Counted from the stretch's first letter, positions 27,475 to 36,413 are shown. The stretch is 50,093 nt of DNA from a virus (IMGVR_UViG_3300021431_002946:417291-467383), one strand, 5' to 3'. Made by a program: numbers and translations. The notes: generated from the sequence alone by a model not told the origin.

Positions 27475-28635
27475 ATGATTGACATTTTAGACAAAAACGG
27501 ACGTCTATTAGAAAGTACTAATAAAAATGGACTTATCCGCAAATTATTGAAAGAAGGCAAGGCCAAAATAGTACAATATCGTCCGTTTGTGATTCAATTA
27601 TTAAATGATGAAAATAACTCGGAGGATATAAAAATGACAAACGACTTAAAGAAACTTATTGTAATAACAAATTCAGATAAAAGACCTGATACATCAAAAT
27701 TTAATGCAGAAATTACACAACAATGTACTTTCAATCAATTTGTAATATTAGCTACTGAAGGTTTTGAAGTAGAAAATGATACTGGATTGCTTATTGATAT
27801 TGACGGTTTAACTGAAGATTTGTATGATATGCTTAAACCTTATAAAGAGTATATAAAAGACATATATTATTTCAAATTTAATACTAGATTATCTTATTTA
27901 AATGATGAAACTATTTTCGCATTAGATGAAGAAAAACCTAAGTCTATTGAAAAAGAAATAAAACCTCTTTGTGTTAAATTAGATGATAATACTAGTACTA
28001 TGGGACACATTCTTATTTGTGGACAAGCAAGTTCTGGTAAAACTACTTTAGTCAAAAATATTGGATTACAGTTTAAAAAGAATGGTGCTGAAGTTGAATA
28101 TATTTCACCAATACCAGATATTGAAGCGCCTTTTGATACAGTAACTACTTGTAATGCTAAAATTGTTGCAGAAAGACTTGAAGCTTATCATACAGAAATG
28201 ATGGATAGATTTAAGCAAATGCAAAAAGAAAGTGTTAATAATGCAGCAAAATTAAAAAATAGACCAGCAGATAAAATACTTATTATTGATTGTTTATCAG
28301 AATATATGCTTTCTGATGATTATAAATCTGTTGATATTATTAAAAATACATTAGGTAGCATTGCTAGATTAGGCAGAGCTGCTAGAATTATCTTAGTATT
28401 AGTAACGCAAAGACCATCAGGTTCTATTGTTTCTACTTCACTTAAAGATAATATGCAAGATCTTATTATAACTGGTGCATTCAGATCTGATATGTCAGTA
28501 CTTATGTTTGGTGAAGATGTAGAATCATCAAAAACCATTCCATTAGGTAAAGCAACTTATAGAAATCCTTTTATTCAATCTGATACGTCAGATTGTTATG
28601 TATTATTTAATATTGATAATGTAGCAACATTATAA
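27475..28635 (+). CDS. PLMP/RRXRR domain fused to FtsK/SpoIIIE-like ATPase
   Basis: ILDKNGRLLEST..IRKLLKEGKAKIVQYRPFVIQLL; GHILICGQASSGKTT; IARLGRAARIILVLVTQRP. Confidence 0.8.
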   Translation: MIDILDKNGRLLESTNKNGLIRKLLKEGKAKIVQYRPFVIQLLNDENNSEDIKMTNDLKKLIVITNSDKRPDTSKFNAEITQQCTFNQFVILATEGFEVENDTGLLIDIDGLTEDLYDMLKPYKEYIKDIYYFKFNTRLSYLNDETIFALDEEKPKSIEKEIKPLCVKLDDNTSTMGHILICGQASSGKTTLVKNIGLQFKKNGAEVEYISPIPDIEAPFDTVTTCNAKIVAERLEAYHTEMMDRFKQMQKESVNNAAKLKNRPADKILIIDCLSEYMLSDDYKSVDIIKNTLGSIARLGRAARIILVLVTQRPSGSIVSTSLKDNMQDLIITGAFRSDMSVLMFGEDVESSKTIPLGKATYRNPFIQSDTSDCYVLFNIDNVATL

Positions 28636-28644
28636 ATGTAATCA

Positions 28645-28676
28645 GCCAGGAGATGTAAAAATCTCCTGGTTTTTTA
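28645..28676 (+). terminator. intrinsic terminator
   Basis: GCCAGGAGAT/ATCTCCTGGT plus T tract. Confidence 0.85.
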
Positions 28677-28678
28677 AT

Positions 28679-28698
28679 AAAGACTATTTAATAATATA
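28679..28698 (+). promoter_or_regulatory. element-specific motif
   Basis: AAAGACTATTTAATAATATA, core 28684, 40 nt before ATG. Confidence 0.65.
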
Positions 28699-28723
28699 AA
28701 AAAAATAACAATGGAGGAAAATT

Positions 28724-29263
28724 ATGGCAAATGAAAAATTTTTAGATGCCTTTAGAGCTTTAGATACAGAATTAAAAGATCAAGGCTCTACTGTTCTTGA
28801 GTATGAGAATTCATTAAAAGAAGGTAGTGTGGAAAAAGAAAAGCTTAAAGTATGTAGAATTATGAGAAATTATATGAGTCATAATGATACTACATTTTTA
28901 ACTGCTTCAAATGAGCAAATTAAGTTTTTAGAAGCAGAAACAGAAGAAGTATTAAAAAGAGCACATCTTGTAAAAGATGAAATGAAAAGAGTTAAGACAT
29001 TTAAGGCAACTGCACCTATCAAAGATGTAATTGCGGCTCTAGACAAATTTCCAGTTGTGCCTATTGAAACTAAAGCTGGAATTTATTTAGTAGATAAGGA
29101 TATTTTGGTTCATCAATTAGCTGGTGGAGCAAAGAAGATTGCTGTACCTACTAAATTACCTAAATATAAGACAACAACTAAAATGACCAAGATAGAGGAT
29201 CTTACTGAAGGTACTTATATTGTTACCGAGAAAGATGCTTATATTGGTATTATTATTGTTTGA
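28724..29263 (+). CDS. HEPN-like domain plus degenerate CBS-like domain
   Basis: RNYMSH (RX4H) in helical N-domain; LVKDEM..TAPIKDVI..PVVPI. Confidence 0.55.
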   Translation: MANEKFLDAFRALDTELKDQGSTVLEYENSLKEGSVEKEKLKVCRIMRNYMSHNDTTFLTASNEQIKFLEAETEEVLKRAHLVKDEMKRVKTFKATAPIKDVIAALDKFPVVPIETKAGIYLVDKDILVHQLAGGAKKIAVPTKLPKYKTTTKMTKIEDLTEGTYIVTEKDAYIGIIIV

Positions 29264-29273
29264 GGAAATGATT

Positions 29274-29681
29274 ATGAATAAAAAAATTATTGCTATATTA
29301 TTAATATCTACAATGTTATTTGTTACTGCGTGTTCAAATAATATAAATAAACCTAATCCTATACAAGAAACAACTATTACTCAAATTATAAATAAGAATA
29401 AGTTATATGATTGTACTTGGATATATAAGGCTAAGGATGGTTCTAGTGCATCTTTTATATTTAATGAAGACGGAACTGGCGAATATACATCAGGTGGTAA
29501 AACTGGATCTGAAAGTGCATATTTTACAGAAATTACATGGACATTAGAAGATAATAAATTAAGTGTAACTCGTAGAGGTCCTTATACAGATAATTATATT
29601 ATTTGTTTTGAAGGAGATAATCTTATTTTAACTAATGAAAATAATATTTCTACAACATATATTAAAATGGAAAAGAGATAA
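29274..29681 (+). CDS. lipoprotein
   Basis: MNKKIIAILLISTMLFVTAC lipobox; W..F.EDGTG beta-rich domain; GAGG RBS favours 29274. Confidence 0.75.
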   Translation: MNKKIIAILLISTMLFVTACSNNINKPNPIQETTITQIINKNKLYDCTWIYKAKDGSSASFIFNEDGTGEYTSGGKTGSESAYFTEITWTLEDNKLSVTRRGPYTDNYIICFEGDNLILTNENNISTTYIKMEKR

Positions 29682-29711
29682 GTTTTTAGGAATTATTGTG
29701 AGGTGATAAAT

Positions 29712-30509
29712 ATGTACGGAGCGATTTTAGGCGATATGGTAGGTTGTCCATATGAATTTGATCGTGGAAATAAATCAAAAGATTTTACAATGTGGTCTGA
29801 TCAAAATAGATTTACTGATGATACAGTAATGACAATTGCAGTAGCTGATGCATTATTACAATCAAAAGATCAGTCGGATGAAGCAATAAAAGGTGCAGTT
29901 ATAAAATCAATGCTTTATTGGGGATTAAAATATCCAAATGAAGGATATGGAGCAAGATTTGGTTGGTGGTTAAAACAACCTGATCCTCAACCATATAATT
30001 CTTGGGGAAATGGTTCTGCAATGCGAGTATCTTCTGTTGCTTGGTTATTTGATAATATTTCAAAAGTAAGAGAAGTAGCGAAATTAACTGCAGAAGTAAC
30101 ACATAATCATATAGAAGGAATAAAAGGAGCAGAGGCAACAGCATCAGCAATATTTTTAGCAAGAGCTCATCATGATAAAAATTATATAAAAGAATATATA
30201 ATTAATAATTTTGGTTATGATCTTTCTAGAACTTGTGATGAAATAAGACCTACGTATCATCATGTTGAGAGTTGTCAAGAAACTGTACCTGAAGCAATTA
30301 CAGCATTTTTAGAAGGAAATAGTTTTGAAGATGTTATTAGAACAGCTGTTTCTTTAGGCGGAGATTGTGATACATTAACTTGTATTGCAGGCGGAATGGC
30401 AGAAGCATTTTATGGTATTCCAGAAGATATGAAGCAAGAAGTTATAAAGAGGCTTGAACCAGATATGCTTCTTGTATTAGAAAAATTTGATGCAGAAAGG
30501 AAGATCTAA
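29712..30509 (+). CDS. ADP-ribosylglycohydrolase (DraG/ARH family)
   Basis: GAILGDMVG, FTDDTVMT, GNGSAMRVS, THNH, GGDCDT. Confidence 0.92.
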   Translation: MYGAILGDMVGCPYEFDRGNKSKDFTMWSDQNRFTDDTVMTIAVADALLQSKDQSDEAIKGAVIKSMLYWGLKYPNEGYGARFGWWLKQPDPQPYNSWGNGSAMRVSSVAWLFDNISKVREVAKLTAEVTHNHIEGIKGAEATASAIFLARAHHDKNYIKEYIINNFGYDLSRTCDEIRPTYHHVESCQETVPEAITAFLEGNSFEDVIRTAVSLGGDCDTLTCIAGGMAEAFYGIPEDMKQEVIKRLEPDMLLVLEKFDAERKI

Positions 30510-30511
30510 TT

Positions 30512-30787
30512 ATGTTAAGTAGAATTGAACAAGAAACCATTGTCAATTCTAATAATGCAGAAAAAATGGCTGAAGTTTATACAGCAGATCCTGTAATGAT
30601 TAGAAAATTAGATAAAATGGTTGAAAAGTACCCAAATACTTATAAAGTAATTAAACAAGACGATGAATCAAAAACTTATCAGTTTCCAAAAAAATTAATT
30701 AGATTCGGTGCTCCAGTAACTAGAGTCTATACTGAAGAAGAGAAAGCAAAACTTAGAGAACAACTTAATAATATTAGAAAAAAGTAA
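30512..30787 (+). CDS. conserved hypothetical protein
   Basis: 91 aa, EQETIVN..AEVYT..KTY.FPKK. Confidence 0.75.
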   Translation: MLSRIEQETIVNSNNAEKMAEVYTADPVMIRKLDKMVEKYPNTYKVIKQDDESKTYQFPKKLIRFGAPVTRVYTEEEKAKLREQLNNIRKK

Positions 30788-30852
30788 TTTACAGTTTGCG
30801 TTTAATGGATTAAAATATATAAAATATATTAAACGTAAAGGAAATTAAAACA

Positions 30853-31173
30853 ATGCTTTGGATTACTGAAAAAACAAATAAGCCTTTTGAATTTATTGCG
30901 CATCCAATTGATGGTGGAAATTATATTAGATTTAGAATTGATGATGTATTTAATGGAAAAGAAATTGATATTAGATCATCAAAAATTTCAAAAGATAATG
31001 TTCGTTTTATAAGAGAAACATTTGCATCTTTGCCTGAAGAACCATCTGCAGCAATTGGTAAAGCATATTTGTATGATGATAATAATAATTATATTGATAG
31101 TAAAATTATTACTGCAACTCCTATTGAATGGGAATGTGAAGATCCAAAGCTTAGATTAGAGGTTGATTTATAA
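30853..31173 (+). CDS. hypothetical protein
   Basis: 106 aa; TTTACA-N17-TAAAAT promoter at 30788-30816. Confidence 0.7.
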   Translation: MLWITEKTNKPFEFIAHPIDGGNYIRFRIDDVFNGKEIDIRSSKISKDNVRFIRETFASLPEEPSAAIGKAYLYDDNNNYIDSKIITATPIEWECEDPKLRLEVDL

Positions 31174-31323
31174 ATGAAAACTTTTGAACAAGCTCCTTGG
31201 ATTGATTATTTAGATATTGATGAAAAAACTGGAGAAACAATTTTAATGGAAAATACTCCAGAAGATATTCGTAAAAAGTATGAACAATATCTTATAGAAC
31301 AAAATAATAATTCAATGAAGTAA
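31174..31323 (+). CDS. 49 aa protein (not in ORF track)
   Basis: GAGG RBS, TAAATG coupling; MKTFEQAPWIDYLDIDEKTGETILMENTPEDIRKKYEQYLIEQNNNSMK. Confidence 0.65.
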   Translation: MKTFEQAPWIDYLDIDEKTGETILMENTPEDIRKKYEQYLIEQNNNSMK

Positions 31324-31349
31324 TAATATAAGGAGAGTAATTTAATAAA

Positions 31350-31820
31350 ATGAAAAAACTTATACCGATTATTTTAATAACTGCTTTTGTATTAACAGGT
31401 TGTGGTAAAAAGATTGCAAGTGAATCAACAATTATATCTACTACTACAACTACAATTACTACAGAAGCTACAACAACTACAACAGCTAAACCTACAATTA
31501 TTGGTATTTGGCAATGCGGAAATACTTTTTATGCATTTAGAGAAGATAATACTGGCTTTTTATATATGGGTGAAAAGCAAGAATTTAAATATGAATTATT
31601 TGAAGCTGGATCAATTTCATTTGATTTAGGAAATAATAAAATGCAAGCAATGGCGTATTCTTTAGATGGTAATAATTTATTCTTCTCTGATAGTTGGGGA
31701 AATATGACTCGATTTGAAAGAATTACTAATTATGAATTTGAAAAGAGAAAAGATTTAAAGCCTACTCCAACTAAAACACCAACAAAAATACCAAAGAAGA
31801 AAATAACTAAAAAGAAATAA
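31350..31820 (+). CDS. lipoprotein with Thr-rich linker
   Basis: LTGC lipobox; IIGIW..FREDNTG domain similar to 29274. Confidence 0.8.
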   Translation: MKKLIPIILITAFVLTGCGKKIASESTIISTTTTTITTEATTTTTAKPTIIGIWQCGNTFYAFREDNTGFLYMGEKQEFKYELFEAGSISFDLGNNKMQAMAYSLDGNNLFFSDSWGNMTRFERITNYEFEKRKDLKPTPTKTPTKIPKKKITKKK

Positions 31821-31823
31821 ATT

Positions 31824-31849
31824 AAGGTAGTCAAAAGACTACCTTTTTT
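31824..31849 (+). terminator. intrinsic terminator
   Basis: AAGGTAGTC/GACTACCTT plus T tract. Confidence 0.75.
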
Positions 31850-31864
31850 AATGAGGATTTTAGT

Positions 31865-32254
31865 ATGGATGATTTATTTGATATAAATAAAATTCTTGAA
31901 CAATGTCGACAAAAGAATTTATATGAACAAATAGATTCTGAAATTGTAAAGAATATTTATAAGAACGATTCAAAAAAGATAAAATCTATAAAATCAAATG
32001 ATGACGTCGTTTCATTATTATTAGAATTATTAGGTGATTTCTTTGATTATGATGAATTATGTATGTCATATCAAGTTGATTTTTTATCATTTAAACAAGT
32101 AACAAGTCTTCAACTTCCATTAGAAGATGCTCCAACTATAATTGCAATAGTTGATTTAAATGCGCAAGCATGTATCGATGTTGTAGAATTAGATGGACCA
32201 TTATCTAGAGAAGAATTTGAAGATTTCGCAAAAGATTATTATAGTAAACTATAA
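31865..32254 (+). CDS. acidic hypothetical protein
   Basis: 129 aa, GAGG RBS. Confidence 0.7.
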   Translation: MDDLFDINKILEQCRQKNLYEQIDSEIVKNIYKNDSKKIKSIKSNDDVVSLLLELLGDFFDYDELCMSYQVDFLSFKQVTSLQLPLEDAPTIIAIVDLNAQACIDVVELDGPLSREEFEDFAKDYYSKL

Positions 32255-32282
32255 GGAGGTTTTTATGCCTCCTTATTTTTTT
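32251..32282 (+). terminator. intrinsic terminator
   Basis: ATAAGGAGG/CCTCCTTAT plus T tract. Confidence 0.75.
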
Positions 32283-32292
32283 ATAAAAAGTA

Positions 32293-32353
32293 TTTACAAA
32301 TTCATCTATTTGTAATAAAATATATTTACATAGTAATATTTTTGTAATAGAAT
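32293..32353 (+). promoter_or_regulatory. tandem promoters overlapped by two TTACA-N12-TGTAA operators
   Basis: TTTACA-N17-TAAAAT and TTTACA-N17-TAGAAT; palindromes at 32294-32315 and 32326-32347. Confidence 0.6.
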
Positions 32354-32413
32354 AATACTATACGAAGATAAAAATAATTTATCATTCAAAAAATAGTTAA
32401 GTGAGGTGTAACA

Positions 32414-32908
32414 ATGAATAGGACAGAGATGAATGATATAAGAAAGACGTATCGATCTCAGCTAGCGCAGCTACGACTTGAAAAGGGTTATTCGTTGAGA
32501 GATATAACCAAACAGATCGGAATTCCATCTCAGACTTTGCATAATTGGGAAAATGGTACAAATAAGAATATTGGACCAAAGTACAAGAGAGAAGCAATAA
32601 AGCTTGCAAAGTTGTATTCTATTTCAGTGGAGGAACTCAATAATCTTGTTCATAATGCTTGGCTGGATTTTAAGAAGCAGACAAGTAGATATAAGGCAGA
32701 TTTAGAACAGAAGAATTATTTGTTTGAACTTAGAATAAATAATTTTAAGACTCTTCAGCAGGTTGCAAATGCAACAGGTACATCATTGAGTCAGATTCTT
32801 CAGTACGAAAAGGGAGTTAAGACGCCTACTGCAGATGTATTGAATAAGTTGAGTACATATTATAATATTCCATATGAAACTTTATATAATAAGTTGGTGA
32901 ATAGTTAA
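32414..32908 (+). CDS. double XRE-family HTH regulator
   Basis: LRLEKGYSLRDI..TLHNWENG and LRIN..TLQQVANATG..QYEKG..P. Confidence 0.88.
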   Translation: MNRTEMNDIRKTYRSQLAQLRLEKGYSLRDITKQIGIPSQTLHNWENGTNKNIGPKYKREAIKLAKLYSISVEELNNLVHNAWLDFKKQTSRYKADLEQKNYLFELRINNFKTLQQVANATGTSLSQILQYEKGVKTPTADVLNKLSTYYNIPYETLYNKLVNS

Positions 32909-32965
32909 ACTTTCATTTGTATTTTACTTTTTATAAAAAATTTAATATAATTTAAATGTAATTAA

Positions 32966-33002
32966 AAATAGCTCTTGTAACAAAGAGCTATTTAATTATA
33001 TA
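32966..33002 (+). promoter_or_regulatory. element-specific motif embedded in inverted repeat, upstream of ssb
   Basis: AAATAGCTCTT/AAGAGCTATTT, right arm continuing AATTATATA; sigmaA-like promoter at 32923-32951. Confidence 0.6.
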
Positions 33003-33070
33003 AGGTAAAAACGAAGTCATACCTTAATTTATTAAAAAAAACGTAAGATATAAAAGGAGTTTAATTAAAA

Positions 33071-33448
33071 ATGAACAAAGTAATTATGACAGTTACCCTC
33101 GGAGCAGATCCAGAAGTTAAGACAGTAGGCGAGACAAAGTTTTGTAACTTTTCAGGTGCAGTAAACAAGAGACGTGTTAAGGAAGGCGAACCTAACGCTG
33201 ATTGGTTCCAGTTTACAGCATTTGGTGCAACTGCTGATTTCATCGGTAAGTACTTCAAGAAAGGTTCTCAGATGCTTATTACAGGTAATCTGCAGAACAA
33301 TAACTACGAAAAAGATGGTGTTAAGCACTATGGCAACAAGATTATAATTGAGTCTGTTGAGTTCTTTGGAAGAAAGGCTGATGGAGATCAGTCTGGATCA
33401 ACAGCTGAAAGTGCTCCTGCCGCAGGTGGAGAGTACCTCGATTTCTAA
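33071..33448 (+). CDS. ssb: single-stranded DNA-binding protein
   Basis: MNKVI..LGADPE, ADWF..AFG.TA, KKGSQ..G.LQ, tail YLDF. Confidence 0.92.
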   Translation: MNKVIMTVTLGADPEVKTVGETKFCNFSGAVNKRRVKEGEPNADWFQFTAFGATADFIGKYFKKGSQMLITGNLQNNNYEKDGVKHYGNKIIIESVEFFGRKADGDQSGSTAESAPAAGGEYLDF

Positions 33449-33484
33449 TTTCTAATTAGAAAAAGCTGACTTCGTGTTACCTAT

Positions 33485-33517
33485 AAAAGTCCTGGTAATT
33501 TTTATCAGGACTTTTTT
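33485..33517 (+). terminator. intrinsic terminator
   Basis: AAAAGTCCTGGTAA/TTATCAGGACTTTT. Confidence 0.75.
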
Positions 33518-33596
33518 CTATTTAATTTTTTATTTACAAGTTTAAAAATATAAATTAAAATTTAATAATTACAAAAATATAAGGAGGTAAAGGTTC

Positions 33597-33770
33597 ATGA
33601 GAAGTGCAAAGAAACAGATTGAAAAAGAAGCATATCAAAATAAAGTTAATCCTGGACATAAAGAGTCATATCAGCAGCCTTTACGTCCTAGATCTGCTGT
33701 ATTTAAATCAAAGAAAGATTATAATAGACAGCAAGATAAAATAGATATTAAAAAAGGAAAATATGATTAA
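33597..33770 (+). CDS. 57 aa basic protein (not in ORF track)
   Basis: AAGGAGGT RBS, promoter TTTACA-N17-TAAAAT at 33533; MRSAKK...LRPRSAVFKSKKDYNRQQDK... Confidence 0.75.
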   Translation: MRSAKKQIEKEAYQNKVNPGHKESYQQPLRPRSAVFKSKKDYNRQQDKIDIKKGKYD

Positions 33771-33790
33771 CATAAGGAAGTAAGTAAATT

Positions 33791-35428
33791 ATGATATTAA
33801 ATAGTATTGATATTACAAACTGGAAGTGCTTCGATCATAAGCAAATGAATTTTGACAAAATGACTGTTTTGAATTGGAAAAATGGTGAAGGTAAGACTTC
33901 ATTAATTCAAGCAATTGTTTTGTGTTTATTTGATAAAAGACCAGATAATCTTGATTTTGCAAGTTTAATTAAAGATCCTGAGAAGCCTACAAAGATTATA
34001 CTTAGTTTTACTCATAATGCTGCAGCTTATGTTATTGAAAGAGAAGTTGGTAAAACATCAGGTTATAAAGTTTTTAAAGATGATGAGTTAATTAGTAGAA
34101 CTGCAGCAGAAAGTAAAAAGATACTTGATGATATTATTTCAGATTCAGTTCTTACATCATTATGGGGTTACGCACCTCTTGCAAATTCAAATGTTTTAAG
34201 TACAAACTATTTATTTGAAATTCTTGAACAAGAATTTAAAACTGCACTTGATATTAAACAATATTTTAATAATGATAAAAATTATAATCAAAAGCATAAA
34301 TCTACACTTGAAAAGCAGATTACAAATCAAAGTGTAACTCAAGCAGATATTGATAAATTAAAAGCTGAATTAGATGCACTTAATGATAAAATTAAGTCAA
34401 AAGCTTTTATTTCTGATGATGAAATTATTAAGGCAAAGAAAGCAAAAGAAGACTTTGCAAAATATCAATCATTAATGAAGCAATTACCTTCTTCTGTACC
34501 ATATGATAGAGAACTTTGTTTAAGACTTAAAAATTATGGTAATTCAGCTGAAGAGTGGAAAAAGCATTTTGATAATATTGAAAAACAAATTGCAGATGAA
34601 AAGTCAAAATCTGTAGCAAGTCCCTTAGCAAAATATCCAAAGAATGTTATTACTGCACTTATTAATGAAAGTAAGTGTAATTATGACACATGTGCTCTTT
34701 GTGGAGCTAAGAATTTTAAAGAGCCAGAAATAAATTATGATGCTATTGACAATGATAAGATTCAAAGACTTGAAAGAGAACTTGAAGATAGAAGATATAA
34801 TTTTGATGATTATAATAAATCAATTCAGTATTGGGTTCTAAAGAAACAGATTGAAGCTGTTGAATATTCAAAAGATGTTGATTTTGAAAAGATTATTAGT
34901 GGATATAATGAAGAAACTAATAAATTGTATGATGAATATAATACAAAGAAAGCACAATATGAATCATTAGATAAAGATTTTGCAAAGATTTCTGAGTTAA
35001 TGGAAGCTCAAAAGAATTATGATCTTGCAAAGAATTGTATTTCAATTACTGATGAATTTATTCAAAATATAAAAGAATATTATGCTGATGAAATTGTTAA
35101 AAGAGCAGCAGACTTAGTAAAAACAATAAACACAAGATATGTAGATTTGTTTATTGAAAATAATGTATATAAAGCAAAGATTTGGGATAAAGATTTTACA
35201 AAACTTTCAACATTGCCTGTACAATCACTTTCAAATGGTGAGAAAACTTGTGCAGCTCTTGCATTAATACTTTCTATTAGAGATTTATTTATGCCTGAGC
35301 TTCCTCTTATAATGGATGAATCTTTTGTAAATTTGGATGCTGACAATCTTGCAGCAGTAAGAGATATTATAAATAAAGACTCAAATCAGTGGATAATTGT
35401 ATCGCATGATGAACGTCTTGTCAATTAA
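33791..35428 (+). CDS. sbcC: SbcC/Rad50-like ATPase
   Basis: NGEGKTS Walker A, CALCG zinc hook, LSNGE signature, MDESFVNLD, VSHD. Confidence 0.88.
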   Translation: MILNSIDITNWKCFDHKQMNFDKMTVLNWKNGEGKTSLIQAIVLCLFDKRPDNLDFASLIKDPEKPTKIILSFTHNAAAYVIEREVGKTSGYKVFKDDELISRTAAESKKILDDIISDSVLTSLWGYAPLANSNVLSTNYLFEILEQEFKTALDIKQYFNNDKNYNQKHKSTLEKQITNQSVTQADIDKLKAELDALNDKIKSKAFISDDEIIKAKKAKEDFAKYQSLMKQLPSSVPYDRELCLRLKNYGNSAEEWKKHFDNIEKQIADEKSKSVASPLAKYPKNVITALINESKCNYDTCALCGAKNFKEPEINYDAIDNDKIQRLERELEDRRYNFDDYNKSIQYWVLKKQIEAVEYSKDVDFEKIISGYNEETNKLYDEYNTKKAQYESLDKDFAKISELMEAQKNYDLAKNCISITDEFIQNIKEYYADEIVKRAADLVKTINTRYVDLFIENNVYKAKIWDKDFTKLSTLPVQSLSNGEKTCAALALILSIRDLFMPELPLIMDESFVNLDADNLAAVRDIINKDSNQWIIVSHDERLVN

Positions 35429-35443
35429 AAGGAGAATAAATGT

Positions 35444-35659
35444 ATGGATGCGCAAAAATTTATAAGACTTAAAGATATTTATATCAAACTAGATAAAATA
35501 GAATTTTTTTATTTTGTACCAGAAGAATGTACATTATATATTGGTTTAAAAAATAATTATTTTGAAATTGAATTAGATCCTGAAGTTGATGACATCAAAG
35601 CAATTCTTTCAAAAATGAATAGTTTATTTAATTATGAATTAATAGATGTACTTTTATAA
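35444..35659 (+). CDS. hypothetical protein
   Basis: 71 aa, AAGGAG RBS. Confidence 0.7.
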   Translation: MDAQKFIRLKDIYIKLDKIEFFYFVPEECTLYIGLKNNYFEIELDPEVDDIKAILSKMNSLFNYELIDVLL

Positions 35660-35672
35660 TAGGAGGTAAATT

Positions 35673-36362
35673 ATGAATATTTGTATACCATCATCTAGCA
35701 GTTTAGAACTCAAAGCATCAATAGTTAAAATAAATTTTACAATTAATTTTAGTGGACGTAGTATTGATGAAACTTTATTTAAGGTAAATAGAGTAAAGAA
35801 TATGTTGAATGATCTTATTGTTGATAGAAAATCATATGTAAAAGGTTCATATAAGCAATCAACATTAGATATTTCAAAGAAATATTCAGCTACAAATGTA
35901 ACAGATAATTATTATGAAATTAGTATATATTGTAGTTGTGTATTGAATATAAAGAATAAAAAGACTGCTATTGAAGATTTTATTGACCTATATAATTTTT
36001 CAAATGTAAATTATATTAAATTTGATTATGAATTTGATATTACAAATGAAGAAAGAAAGCAAGCAACTACTGATTTGACAGCTCAAATTATTGATAAAGG
36101 AATGAGTCAAATTAGATCAATTATTGAAAAATCTACTGAATTGGCAGGTACAAAGCCATTTTTAAATAAGATAGAAGAACCTGAATTGAGAGCAAAAATT
36201 AGTAATATTATACCTGATTTTACTACACATGAAGCTACTTTTGACTCAGATTTTATTATTACACCTGATTTAGTAGCAGATATGTTTGAAAATACAAATA
36301 TTCATATGCGTAGTACTTTGAACTTATATATTGATTTAAAGTCATCAAAGACTTTAAATTAA
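35673..36362 (+). CDS. hypothetical protein (weak SIMPL/DUF541-like pattern)
   Basis: 229 aa, AGGAGG RBS; fold guess only. Confidence 0.6.
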   Translation: MNICIPSSSSLELKASIVKINFTINFSGRSIDETLFKVNRVKNMLNDLIVDRKSYVKGSYKQSTLDISKKYSATNVTDNYYEISIYCSCVLNIKNKKTAIEDFIDLYNFSNVNYIKFDYEFDITNEERKQATTDLTAQIIDKGMSQIRSIIEKSTELAGTKPFLNKIEEPELRAKISNIIPDFTTHEATFDSDFIITPDLVADMFENTNIHMRSTLNLYIDLKSSKTLN

Positions 36363-36381
36363 AAGACTATTTAATAATATA
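36361..36381 (+). promoter_or_regulatory. element-specific motif
   Basis: AAAAGACTATTTAATAATATA, core 36367, 47 nt before ATG. Confidence 0.65.
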
Positions 36382-36413
36382 AGTATTTAGAAAAAAAGGA
36401 AGGAAATTATTGA

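Noticed and set aside
27475-27630. Intact IscB nuclease
   Set aside because: Only the N-terminal domain is present; no RuvC, bridge helix or HNH
30795-30839. Inverted repeat TTTGCGTTTAAT/ATTAAACGTAAA over a promoter
   Set aside because: Single AT-rich instance; cannot be distinguished from chance or a simple operator
31430-31490. ACA/ACT repeats (also 49855-49985)
   Set aside because: Thr-rich lipoprotein linkers
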